Shown: one piece after another, positions 1 through 13,200 of the stretch
Layout: every line of letters begins with the position of its first letter
Position numbering within the stretch: the stretch's first letter is position 1
Assembly: GCF_009834535.1 (NCBI RefSeq)
Contig: NC_045697.1
Coordinates: 119,414,001 to 119,478,000, forward strand
Length of the DNA stretch: 64,000 bases
Reading direction: 5' to 3'
Source: Camelus ferus
Lineage: Eukaryota
Notes under the pieces: model-generated
Database searches by the model: none
The model's input: the letters and a program-made list of their open reading frames with translations, nothing else
What the model was told of the DNA's origin: nothing
Position numbers and translations under genes: made by a program

Positions 1-2619
1 TGTGTGTGAAAGCCGTATTTTACCTTGCTTCTTGGGAACACAAAGATTTTTTACAGTTGCGAACACCACTCTATACATATATATGGGGAGGTACTAGCTC
101 CAAATCTGTTTTACAGTGAAAACTGCAGGAACTTCAAACCGGTAGTAGGAAACAGACTGAGAAACCAGAGTAAAAATTTCCCCTGCTACCAGTTCCCTTG
201 GTGCTAGATGAACGTACGTCTCTCCACATGCTCAGTTCTGAGAGATATGTGTGTGTGAAAGCCGCCCTTCACCTTGCTTTTTGGGAACACAAAGATTCTT
301 TTCAGTTGCCAACTCCACTCCATACATATATATGGGGAGGTACTATCTCCAACGCGGTTTTACAGTGAAAACTGCAGGAACTTCAAACCGGCACTTGGAA
401 ACAGACTGAGAAACCGGAGAAAAATTTCTCCTGCAACCCTTTCCCTTTGAGGTAGATGAACGAAAGTCTCTCCACATGCTCAGTTCTGAGAGATAATTGT
501 TTTTTAAAGCCGTTCTTCACCTAGCTTGTTGGGAACACAAAGTTTCTTTTCAGGTGCAAACACCACTCCATACATATATACGGGGAGGTACTATCTCCAA
601 CGCGGTTTTACAATGAAAACTGCAGGAACTTAAAAACGGCACTAGGAAACAGACTGAGAATCCACAATAAAAATTTCTCCTGCAACCAGTTCTCTTTGTG
701 CTAGATGAACGAACGTATTTCCACATGCCCATTTCTGAGAGATAACTGTGTGTGAAAGCCGTCCTTCACTTAACTTGTTCGGAAAACAAAGTTTTTTTCA
801 GGTGAAAATTCCACTCCATACATATATATGGGGAGGTACTAGATCCAACTCGGTTTTACAGTGAAAACTGCAGGAAATTCAATCCAGCACTAGGATACAG
901 ACTGAAAAACGAGTGTAAAAATTCCCCTGAAACGGTTCCGTTTGTGCTAGATGAACGAAAGTCTCTCCAAATGCTCATGTCTGAGAGATAAGTGTGTGTG
1001 AAAGCCATACTTCACCTAGCTTGTTGGGAACACAAATTTTCTTTTCAGTTGCCATCACCAATCCATTAATATATATGGGGTGGTACTAGCTCCAACTTGG
1101 TTTTACAGTTAAAACTGCAGGAATTCATACCAGCACTAGGAAACAGACTGAGAATCCAGAGTAAAAGTTTCTCCTGCAAAATGTTCCATTGTGCTAGATG
1201 AATTAACGTCTCTCCACATGCTCAGTTCTTATAGATAGATGAGAGTGATAGCCGTACTTCACCTAGCATGTTGGGAAGACAAATATTCTTTTCAGTTGCA
1301 AACTCCACTCCATACATATATAAGGGTTGGTCCTATCTCCAACACGGTTTTACAGTGAAAACTACAGGAACTTCAAACCAGAACTAGGAAAGAGACTGAG
1401 AAATCAGAGTAAAAGATACTCCTGCAACCCGTTCACTTTGTGCAAGATGAACGAACGTCTCTCCACATGCTCAGTTGTAGAGATAAATGGGTGTGAAATC
1501 CGTCCTTCATTTAGCTTGTTGGGAACACAAAGTTTCTCTTCAGTTGCATATTCCACTCCATATATATATATGGAGAGGTACTATCTCCAACTCCGTTTTA
1601 CAGTGAATTCTGCAGGAACTTGAAACCGGCACTAGGAAACAGACTGAAAATCCACAATAGAAGTTTCTCCTGCAAACCAGTTCACATTTTGCTAGATGAA
1701 CGAACGTCTCTCCACATGCCCATTTCTGAGATATAACTGTGTGTGAAATCCTTTCTTCACCTAGCTTATTGGGAATACAAAGTTTCATTTCAGTTGCAAA
1801 TTCCAGTCCATACATATATAAGGGTAGGAAAAATTTCTAACTCTATTTTACAGTGGAAACTGCAAGAACATCAAACGGCACTAGTAAAAAGACTGTGAAG
1901 CCAGAGTAAAAGTTTATTCTGCAAAACGTTCCATTGTGCTAGATGTAAGAACGTATCTCCACATGCTCTGTTCTTAGAGATAAGTGTGTGTGAAAGCCGT
2001 CCTTCAACTTGCTTGTTGGGAAGACAAAGTTTCTTTCAGTTGTAATCTCCACTCCATACATATATAAGGGTACGTACAAGTTCCAACTCGGTTTTACAGT
2101 GAAAACTGCAGGAACTTCAAACGGCACTAGTAAACAGGCTGTGAAACCAGAGTAAAAGTTTCTCCTGCAACACGTTCCATTGTGCTAGATGAAAGAACGT
2201 CACTCCACATGCTAGGTTCTGAGAGATAATTGCGTGTGAAAGCCGTCCTTCACGTAGCTTGTTGGGAACACTAAGTTTCTTTTCAGTTGCAAACTCCAAT
2301 CCATACATATATATGGTGAGATACTAGCTTCAACTCTGTTTTACAGTGAAAACTGCAGGAACTTCAAACCGGCACTAGGAAACAGACTGAGAATCCAGAG
2401 TAAAAGTTCCTCCTGCAACCCAATCCATTTGTGCTAGATGAACGAACGTCTCACCACATGCTCAGTTCTGAGACATAATTGTGTGTGAATGTCGTCCTTC
2501 ACATAGCTTGTGGTAACACAAAGTTTCTTCTCATTTGCAAACTCCACTCCATACAAATATATGGGGATTTACAAGCTCCAACTCTGTTTTACTGTGAAAA
2601 CTGCAGGAACTTCAAACCG

Positions 2620-5600
2620 GCACTAGGAAAAATACTGAGAAACCAGAGGAATAGTTTCTCCTGCGACCCGTTCCCTTGGTGCTAGATGAACGAACATCTC
2701 AACACATGTGCAGTTCTGAGAAATAATTGTGTTGAAAGACGTCCTTCACAAAGCTAGTTGGGAAGACAAAGTTTCTTTTCAGTTGTAATCTCCACTCCAT
2801 ACATATACAAGGGGAGGTACAAGTTCCAACTCTGTTTTAAAGTGAAAACTGCGGGAACTTCAAAACAGCACTAGTAAACAGACTTTGATACCAGAGTAAA
2901 ATTTTCTCCTGCAACACGTTCCATTGCGCTACATGAAAGGACGTATCTCCACATGCTCTGTTCTGAGAGATAAGTGTGTGTGAAAGCCTACCTTCACCTA
3001 GCTTGTTGGCATGACAAAGTATCTTTTCAGGTGCATATTCCACTCCATATATATATATGTGGAGGTACAAGCTCCAACTCGGTTTTACAGTGAATATGCA
3101 GGAACTTCAAACCGGCATTAAGAAACAGATTGAGAAACCAGAGTAAAAGTTTATCCTGCAACCAGTTCCATTTTTACTAGATGAACGAACGTCTCTGCAC
3201 ATGCCCAGTTCTGAGAGATATGTGTGTGTGAAAGCCGTCCTTCAACTAGCTTGTTGGGAACACAATGTTTTTTTCAGGTGCAAACTCCACTCCATACATA
3301 TATATCGGGAGGTACTAGCTCCAACATGGTTTTACAGTGAAAACTACAGGAACTTCAAAACGGCATTTGGAAACAGACTGAGAATCCAGAGTAAAAGTTT
3401 CTCCTGCATACCTTTCCTTTTGTGCTAGATGAACGAACGTCTCTCCACATGCTCAGTTCTAGAGATAAATGTGTGTGAAAGCCTTCCTTCATCTAGCTTG
3501 TTGGGAACACAAAGTTTCTTTTAGGTTGCATATTCCAATCCATATATATATATGGGGAGGTAGAAGCTCCAACTCGGTTTTACAGTGAAAACTACAGGAA
3601 CTTCAAACCGGCATTTGGAAACAATCTGAGAAACCAGAGTAAAAGTTTCTCCTGCATACCATTCCTTTGTGCTAGATGAACGAACGTCTCTCCACATGCT
3701 CAGATCTGATATATAAGTGTGTGTGAAGCCGTCTTTCACCTAGCTTCTTGGTAACACAAAAATTTTTTACAGGTGCAAAAACCACTCCATACATATATAT
3801 GGGGAGGTACTTGCTCCAAATATGTTTTACAGTGAAAACTGCAGGAACTTCAAACCGGCACTAGGAAACAGACTTTGAAACCAGAGTAAAAGTTTCTCCT
3901 GCAACCCGTTCCATTTGTGCTAGATGAACGAACGTATCTCCACATGCTCATTTCTGAGACATAATTGTGTGTGAATGCCGTCCTTCATATAGCTTGTGGG
4001 AACACATAGTTTCTTTTAGTTGCTATCTCCACTCAATAGAAATATATGGGGAGGTACTAGCTCCAACTCTGTTTTACTGTGAAAATTGCAGGAAATTCAA
4101 ACCGGCAATAGGAAACTGTCAGAGAAACCAGAGTAAATGTTTTCTCCTGCCACCCGTTCCATTTGTGCTAGATGAACGAAAGTCTCTCCACATGCTCAGA
4201 TCTGATAGATAAATGTGTGTGAAAGCCGTCCTTCAACTAGCTTGTTGGGAACACAAAGTTTCTTTTCAGATGCACAATCCATTCCATACATATATATGGG
4301 GAGGTACAAGCTCCAACTCGGATTCACCATGAAAACTGCAGGAACTTCAAACCGGCAGTAGGAAACAGACTGAGGAACAATAGTAAATGTTTCCCCTGCA
4401 ACCCGTTCCCTTGGTGCTAGATGAACGAACGTCTCTCCACATGCTCATTTCTGAGACATAATTGTGTGTGAATGCCGTCCTTCATATAGCTTGTTGGGAA
4501 CACATAGTTTCTTTTTAGTTGCTATCTCCACTCAATAGAAATATATGGGGAGGTACTAGCTCCAACTCTGTTTTACTGTGAAAATTGCAGGAAATTCAAA
4601 CCGGCAATAGGAAACTGTCAGAGAAACCAGAGTAAATGTTTCTCCTGCCACCCGTTCCATTTGTGCTAGATGAACGAAAGTCTCTCCACATGCTCAGATC
4701 TGATAGATATATGTGTGTGAAAGCCGTCCTTCAACTAGCTTGTTGGGAACACAAAGTTTCTTTTCAGATGCACAATCCATTCCATACATATATATGGGGA
4801 GGTACAAGCTCCAACTCGGATTCACCATGAAAACTGCAGGAACTTCAAACCGGCAGTAGGAAACAGACTGAGGAACAATAGTAAATGTTTCCCCTGCAAC
4901 CCGTTCCCTTGGTGCTAGATGAACGAACGTCTCTCCACATGCTCACTTCAGAGAGATAAGTGTGTGTGAAAGCCGTACTTCACATAGCTTTTTGGGAACA
5001 CAAAGTTACTTTCAGGTGCAAAACACACTCCATACATATATATGGGGAAATACTAGTCGAAACTCCATTTTACAGTGAAAACTGCAGGAACTTCAAACCG
5101 GCACTAGGAAATATACTGAGAAACCAGAGAAAAATTTTCTCCAGCAACACGTTCCCTTTATGGTAGATGAAAGAAAGTCTCTCCACATGCTCAGTACTGA
5201 GGGATAAGTGAGTGTGAAAGCCACACTTCACCTGGCTTATTTGGAAAACAAAGATTCTTTTAAGTTTCAAATTCCACTCCATACATATATATAGGTAGGT
5301 ACAAGCTCCAACTCTGTTTTTCAGTGAAAACTGCAAGAATTTCAAAATGGCACTAGGAAACAGACTGAGAATGCATAGTAAAAGCTTCTCCGGCAACCCG
5401 TTCCCTTTGTGCTAGATGAATGAACGTCTCTCCACATGCTCATTTCTGAGAGGTAAGTCTTTGTTAAAGATGTACTTCACCTAGCTTGCAGGGAACACAA
5501 AGTTTGTTTTCAGTTGCAAACTCCACTCCATACATATATATGGGGAAGTAATAGCTCCAACTCGGTTTTACAGTGAAAACTGCAGGAACTTCAAACTGGT

Positions 5601-8090
5601 AGTAGGAAACAGACTGAGACACCAGAGTAAAAGTTTCCCCTGCTAACCGTTCCCTTGGTGCTAGATGAACAAACGTCTATCCTCATGCTCAGTTTTGAGA
5701 GATAAGTGTGTGTGAAAGCCGTCCTTCACCTAGCTTGTTGGGAACACAAAGATTCTTTTCATTTGCCAAGTCAACTCCATACATATATATGGGGAAGTAC
5801 TACCTCCAACTCGGTTTTACAGTGAAAACTGCAGGAACATCAAACCGGCACTAGGAAGCAGCCTGAGAAATCAGAGTAAAAGTTTCTCCTGCAACCCATT
5901 CCCTTGGTGCTATATGAAACAACGTCTGTCCACATGCTCACTTCTGAGAGATAAGTGTGTGTGAAAGCCATCCTTCACGCTGCTTTTAGGAAACACAAAG
6001 TTTCTTTTCAGTTGCCAACACCACTCCATACATATATATGGGGAGGTACTAGCTCCAACACGGGTTTACAGTGAAAACTGCAGGAACTTCAAACCGGGAC
6101 TAGGAAACAGACTGAGAAACCAGAGTAAAAGTTTCTCCTGCAAACCGTTCCCTTGGTGCTAAATGAACGAAAGCCTCTCCCATTGCTCAGATCTGAGAGA
6201 TAAGTGTGTGTGAAAGCCGAACTTCACCTAGTTTGTTGGGAACACAAAGTTCCTTTTCAGGTGCAAACTCCACTCCATACATATATATGGTGAGGTACTA
6301 ACTCCAACTCGATTTTACAGTGAAAACTGCAGGAACATCAAACCGGCACTAGGAAACAAACTGAGAAACCAGAATAAAAGATTCTCCTGCAAACAGTTCC
6401 ATTTTCGCTAGATGAATGAAAGTCTCACGACATGCTCAGTTTTGAGTGAAAAGTGTTTGTGAAAGCCGTGCTTCACCTAGCATCTTGGGAACACAAAGTT
6501 TCTTTTCAGGTGCAAACTCCACTCAATACATATATATGGGGAGGTACTGGCTCCAACTCTGTTTTTCAGTGAAAAATGCAGGAACTTCAAACCGGCACTA
6601 GGAAAAATTCTGAGAAACCAGAGGAATAGTTTCTCCTGCGACCCGTTCCCTTGGTGCTAGATGAACGAACATCTCAACACATGTGCAGTTCTGAGAAATA
6701 ATTGTGTTGAAAGACGTCCTTCACAAAGCTAGTTGGGAAGACAAAGTTTCTTTTCAGTTGTAATCTCCACTCCATACATATACAAGGGGAGGTACAAGTT
6801 CCAACTCTGTTTTAAAGTGAAAACGGCGGAAACTTCAAAACGGCACTAGTAAACAGACTGTGATACCAGAGTAAAATTTTCTCCTGCAACACGTTCCATT
6901 GCGCTACATGAAAGGAAGTATCTCCACATGCTCTGTTCTGAGAGATAAGTGTGTGTGAAAGCCTACCTTCACCTAGCTTGTTGGCATGACAAAGTATCTT
7001 TTCAGGTGCATATTCCACTCCATATATATATATGTGGAGGTACAAGCTCCAACTCGGTTTTACAGTGAATATGCAGGAACTTCAAACCGGCATTAAGAAA
7101 CAGATTGAGAAACCAGAGTAAAAGTTTATCCTGCAACCAGTTCCATTTTTACTAGATGAACGAACGTCTCTGCACATGCCCAGTTCTGAGAGATATGTGT
7201 GTGTGAAAGCCGTCCTTCAACTAGCTTGTTGGGAACACAATGTTTTTTTCAGGTGCAAACTCCACTCCATACATATATATCGGGAGGTACTAGCTCCAAC
7301 ATGGTTTTACAGTGAAAACTACAGGAACTTCAAAACGGCAATTTGGAAACAGACTGAGAATGCAGAGTAAAAGTTTCTCCTGCATACCTTCCTTTGTGCT
7401 AGATGAACGAACGTCTCTCCACATGCTCAGTTCTGAGATATAAGTGTGTGTGAAAGCCATACTTCACATAGCTTGTTGGGAAGACAAAATTCTTTTCAGT
7501 TGCAAAAACCTCTCCATACATATATAAGGGGTGGTCCTAGCTCCAACATGGTTTTACAGTGAAAACTACAGGAACTTCAAACCGGAACTAGGAAACACAC
7601 TGAGAAATCAGAGTAAAATTTTCTCATGCAACCCGTTCCATTTTTGCTAGATGAACGAACGTCTCTCCACATGCTCAGTTCTAGAGATAAATGCGTGTGA
7701 AAGCCTTCCTTCATCTAGCTTGTTGGGAACACAAAGTTTCTTTTAGGTTGCATATTCCAATCCATATATATATATGGGGAGGTACAAGCTCCAACTCGGT
7801 TTTACAGTGAAAACTACAGGAACTTCAAACCGGCATTTGGAAACGATCTGAGAAACCAGAGTAAAAGTTTCTCCTGCATACCATTCCTTTGTGCTAGATG
7901 AACGAACGTCTCTCCACATGCTCAGATCTGATATATAAGTGTGTGTGAAAGCCGTCTTTCACCTAGATTCTTGGGAACACAAAAATTTTTTACAGGTGCA
8001 AAAACCACTCCATACATATATATGGGGAGGTACTAGCTCCAAATATGTTTTACAGTGAAAACTGCAGGAACTTCAAACCGGCACTAGGAA
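2620..8090 (+). repeat. Dispersed duplicated block (~2620-3870 and ~6595-8090), offset 3975 bp = 16 monomers
   Basis: Near-identical ORF translations at 2837/6812 and 3201/7176 (offset 3975). The second copy carries one extra monomer at ~7431-7678. Confidence 0.88.
3937..4945 (+). repeat. Tandem duplication of a 2-monomer unit (~498 bp x2)
   Basis: Rare variants gagacataatt, ctcaatagaaat, aaactgtcagag and gattcaccatg (4321 and 4819) each occur twice, 497-499 bp apart. Confidence 0.93.
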
Positions 8091-10230
8091 ACAGACTGAG
8101 ATACTAGAGAAAAAGTTTCTCCTGCAAACCGTTCCCATGGTGCTAAATGAACGAAAGCCTCTCCCATTGCTCCGATCTGAGAGAATTGTGTGTGTGAATG
8201 CCGTCCTTCACATAGCTTGTTGGGAACACAAAGTTCCTTTTCAGGTGCAAATTCCACTCCATACATTTATACGGGGAGGTACAAGCTCCAACTCGGTTTT
8301 ACAGTGAAAAGTGCAGGAACTTCAAACCGGCACTAGGAAACAGAAGGAGAAACCAGAATAAAAGTTTCTCCTGCAACCTGTTCCCTTTGTGATAGATGAA
8401 CCAACATATCTCCACATCCACAGTTCTGAGAGATAAGTGTGTGTAAGCTGTACTTCACCTAGCTTTTTGGGAACACAAAATTTCTTTTCAGGTGCAAACT
8501 CCACTCAATACATATATATGGGGAGGTACTGGCTCCAACACTGTTTTTCAGTGAAAAATGCAGGAACTTCAAACCGGCACTAGGAAAAATACTGAGAAAC
8601 AAGAGGAATAGTTTCTCCTGCTACCCGTTCCCTTGGTGCTAGATGAACGAACGTCTCTCCACATGTTCAGTTCTGAGAAATAAGTGTGTGTGAAAGACGT
8701 CCTTCACCTAGCTTGTTGGGAAGACAAAGTTTCTTTTCAGTTGTAATCTCAACTCCATACATATATAAGGGGAGGTACAAGTTCCAACTCTGTTTTAAAG
8801 TGAAAACTGCAGGAACTTCAAACAAGCACTAGTAAACAGACTGTGAAACCAGAGTAAAATTTTCTCCTGCAACACGTTCCATTGCGCTACATGAAAGAAC
8901 GTATCTCCACATGCAGTGTTCTGAGAGATAAGTGTTTGTGAATGCCTACTTTGACATAGCTTGCTGGGAAGAAAAGGTTCTTTTCAGTTGCATATTCCAC
9001 TCCAAATATATATATGGGGAGATGCTAGCTCCAACTCTGTTTTACAGTGAAAACTGCAGGAACTTCAAACCGGCACTAGGAAACAGTCTGAGAAAACAGA
9101 GCAAAAGTTTATACAGTAACCAATTCCCTTTGTATACATGAACAAAATTATTTCTACATTCTCAGTTCTGAGAGATAACTGTGTGTGAAAGCCGTACTTT
9201 ACCTAGCTTGTTGGGATCACAAAGTTGCTTTTCAGTTGCAAACTACACTCCATACATATATATGGGGAGGTATAATCTCCACCTCGATTTTACAGTGAAA
9301 ACTGCAGGAAATTCAAATGGAATCTAGGAAAAATACTGAGAAACCAGAGTAATAATTTCTCCTGCAAACCGTTCCGTTTGTGCAAGATGAAAGAAAGTCT
9401 CACCCCATGTTCATTTCTGAGAGATAAGTGTGTGTGAAAGCCGTCTTTCACCTAGCTTGTTGGGAACACAAAGTATATTTTAAGTTGCAAACTACACTCC
9501 ATACATATATATGGGGAGGTACTAGCTCCAACTAGGTTTTACTTTGAAAACTGTAGGAACTTCAAACCGGTATTATGAAAAATACTGAGAAACCAGAGTA
9601 AAAGTTTCTGCTGCAACCCTTTCCATTTATGCTTGATGAACGTATGTCTCTCCCCATGCTAAATTCTGAGAGATATGTGTGTGTGAAAGCCGTTCTTCAC
9701 CTAGATTTTTGGGAACACAAAGTTTCTTTTCAGTTGCATACTACACTCCATACATATATTTTTGGAGGTAAAACTCAAACTCAGTTTTACAGTGAAAACT
9801 GCAGGAATTACAAAAGGCGCTAGGAAACAGACTGAGAAACCTGTGAAAATTTCCTCCTTCAACAATTTCCCGTTGTGCTAGTTGAATGAAAGTCTCTCCA
9901 CATGTTCATTTCTGTGAGGTAAGTGTGTGTGAAAGCAGTCATTCACCTAGCATGTTCTGACACAAAGTTTCTTTAGAGTTGCAAACAACACTCCATACAT
10001 ATATATGTGTATGTACAATTTCCAACACGGTTTAAAGTGAAAACTTCAGGAAATTCAAACTGCCATTTGTAAACAAACTGAGAATACAGACTAAAAGTTT
10101 TTCCTTCAAACGGTTCCCTTTTTGCTAGATGAACGAACGTGTCAGCACATGCTAAGTTCTGAGAAATATATGTGTGTATGAAAGCCGTCCTTCACCTAGC
10201 TTGTTGGGAACACATAGTTTCTTTACTGTT

Positions 10231-13200
10231 GCAAACTAAACTCAATACTTATATATGGTTGGTACAAGCTGCAACTCCGTTTTACAGTGAAAACTGCAAG
10301 AACTTCAAACCGGCACTAGGAAAATGACTGAGAAACCAGAGAAATAATTTCTCCTGCAAACCTTTCCATTTGTGCTGCATGAACGAAAGTCTCTCCACAT
10401 GCTAAGTTCTGAGAGATAACTATGTATGAAAGCCGTCCTTCAACTAGTTTGTTGGGAAAACAAAGATTCTTTTAACTTACCAACTTCACTCCATACATAT
10501 ATATTTGTGCTACAAGTTCCAACACCGTTTTACAGTGAAAACTGCAGGAACTTCAAACCGGCACTAGGAAAACATACTGAGAAACCAGAGTAAAACTTTC
10601 TCCTACACCACCGTTCCATGAGGTAGATGAACGAAAGTCTCTCTACATGCACTGTTATGAGATATAAGTGTGTGTGAAAGCCTTACTTCACTTGCTTGTT
10701 GGGAACACAAAGATCGTTTCCAGTTGCAAACAACTCTCCATAAATATATATGGGGAGGTACTAGCTCCAACTCCATTTTACAGTGAAAACTGCTGGAATT
10801 TCAAACAGACAATAGGAAACAGACAGAGAAACCAGAGAAAAATATTCTCTTGCAAACCGTTCCCTTTGTGCTTGATGAACGAACATCTCTCCCCATGCTC
10901 ATTCCTGAGAGATAAGTGTGTGTGAAAGCCATTCTTCACCTAGCATGTTGGGAACACAAAGTTTCTTTTCAGGTGCAAACTACACTCCTTATATTTATAT
11001 GGGGACGTACAACTCCAAATCATTTTACAGTGATAACAGCAGGAACTTCAAACTGGAACAAGGAAAACAGACTGAGAAACCAGAGCAAATGTTTTTACTG
11101 CAAACATTTCATTTTGTGCTGAAAGAACGAACTTCTCTCCACATTCTCAGTTCTGAGAGATATGTGTGTGTGAAAGTCCTCCTTCACCTGGCTTGTTGGG
11201 AACACAAAGTTTCTTTTCAGTTGCAAATTACCCTCCATACATATATATGGGGGGGGTAGTAGATCCAACTCGGTTTACAATGAAAACTGTAGGAAATTCA
11301 AACTGGCACTTGGAAACAGACTGAGAAACCAGAGTAAAAGTTTTCCCTGCAACCTTTTCCTTTGTGCTAGATGAACAAACGTCTCTGCACATGCTCAGTT
11401 CTGAGAGATAAGGGTGTGTGAAAGACGTCCTTCACCTAGAATGTTGGGAACAAAAAGGTTTTTTTCAGTTGCAAACTAAACTCTATACTTATATATGGGT
11501 GGTACAAGCTGCAACTCCGTTTTACAGTGAAATTGCATGAACTTCAAACAGGCACTAAGAAAATGACTGAGAAACCAGAGTAACAATTTATCCTGCAAAC
11601 CGTTCCATTTGTGCTGGATGAACGAAAGTCTCTCCACATGCTAAGTTCTGAGAGATAACTGTGTATGAAAACCGTCCTTCAACTAGTTTGTTGGGAAAAC
11701 AAAGATTCTTTTAACTTACCAACTTCACTCCATACATATATATTTGTGCTACAAGTTCCAACACCGTTTTACAGTGAAAACTGCAGGAACTTCAAACCGG
11801 CACTAGGAAACAGACTGAGAAACCAGAGTAAAAATTTCTCCTGCAACATGTTCCATTGTGCTAGATGAACGAACGTCTCCACACATGCTCAGTTCTGAGA
11901 TATAAGTGAGTGTGAAAGTCGTCCTTCAAAATGTTGTTAGGAAGACAAAGATTCTTTTCAGTTGCTAACCCACACCATATATATATAAGGGGAGGTACTA
12001 AATCCAACACAGTTTTACAGTGAAAAATACAGGAACTTCAATCCGGCTCTAGGAAACAGACTTAGAATCCAGAGGGAAAGTTACTACTGCAACCTGTTTC
12101 CTTTGTGCTAGATGAACGAACGTCTCTCCACATGCTAAGTTCTGAGAGATAATTGTGTGTGAAAGCCGTCCTTCATCTAGCTTGTTGGGAACACATAGTT
12201 TCTTTTCAGTAGCAAACACCACTCCATACATATATATGCAGAGGTAAGAGATCCAATTCGGTTTTAAAGTGAAAAATGGGGGAATTTCAAACCGGCACAA
12301 GGAAACAGACTGAGAACCCAGAGTAAAAGTTTCTCCTGCAACCCGATCCATTTGTGCGAGATGAACGAAATTCTCTCCACATGCACTGTTATGAAATATA
12401 ATTGTGAATGAAATCCGTCCTTCACCTAGCTTGTTGGGAACACAAAGATCCTTTTCATTTGCAAACTCCACTCCATACATATATATGGGGAAGTACTAGC
12501 TCCCAATCGGGTTTAAAGTGAAAACTGCAGGAAATTCAAACTGGAACAATGAAACAGACTGAGAAAACAGAGCAAAAGTTTATACAGCCACCATTTCAAT
12601 TTGTGATACATGCACGAAATTCTTTCCACATTCTCAATTCTGAGAGATAACTGTGTGTGAAAGCAGTACTTTACCTAGCTTTTTGGGAACACAAAGATTC
12701 TTTTCATTTGCAAATTACACTCCATACATATATAAGGGGAGGTACAAACTCCACCTCGATTTTACAGTGAAAACTGCAGGAACTTCAAATGGAAACTAGG
12801 TAAAATCCTGAGAAATCAGAGTAAGAGTTTCTCCTGCAAAACGTTCCGTTTGTGCGAGATGAACGAAAGTCTCACCCCATGCTCATTTCACAGAGGTAAG
12901 TGTGTGTGAATGCCGTCTTTCACCTATCTTGTAGGGACACAAAGTATATATTAAGTTGCAAACTACACTCCATACATATATAAGGGGAGGTACTAGCTCA
13001 AACTAGGATTTACTTTGAAAACTCTAGAAACTTCAAAACGGTACTATGAAAAATACTGAGAAACCAGAGTAAAATTTTCTACTGCAACCCGTTCCATTTA
13101 TGCTTGATGAACGTACGTCTCTCCCCTAGCTCAATTCTGAGAGATAAGTGTGTGTGAAACCGTCCTTCACCTAGCTTGTTGGGAACACAAAGTTTCTTTT

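Larger units (their letters stand above)
1..9080 (+). repeat. Left satellite domain: diverged monomers with only local/partial higher-order duplications
   Basis: Its monomer order and diagnostic variants (e.g. ggattcaccatg, ggcatgacaaag, gttgtaatctcc, gcgctacatgaaag) were not seen to the right. Types typical of the 28-mer first appear at ~9085 (gcaaaagtttatacagtaac). Confidence 0.75.

Noticed and set aside
71..90. TATA-like tatata and (tg)n tracts as a promoter or microsatellite; tttcttttcag as a splice acceptor
   Set aside because: These are short motifs repeated in every monomer, with no associated gene structure.
1..249. Faint resemblance to primate alpha satellite words (cacaaag, tttctgaga)
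   Set aside because: The period is ~248-249 bp, not 171 or ~340 bp, and only short words match. No family assignment without a database search.
1..249. Internal half-monomer (~124 bp) subrepeat suggested by two gtgaaa and two aaagtttct motifs
   Set aside because: Spacings are inconsistent (~110 vs ~131 bp) and the flanks do not align by eye.
3904..3933. Possible CENP-B box (cccg...cgaa on the + strand)
   Set aside because: The canonical box needs CCCG-7nt-CGAA; here the two half-sites are 20 nt apart.
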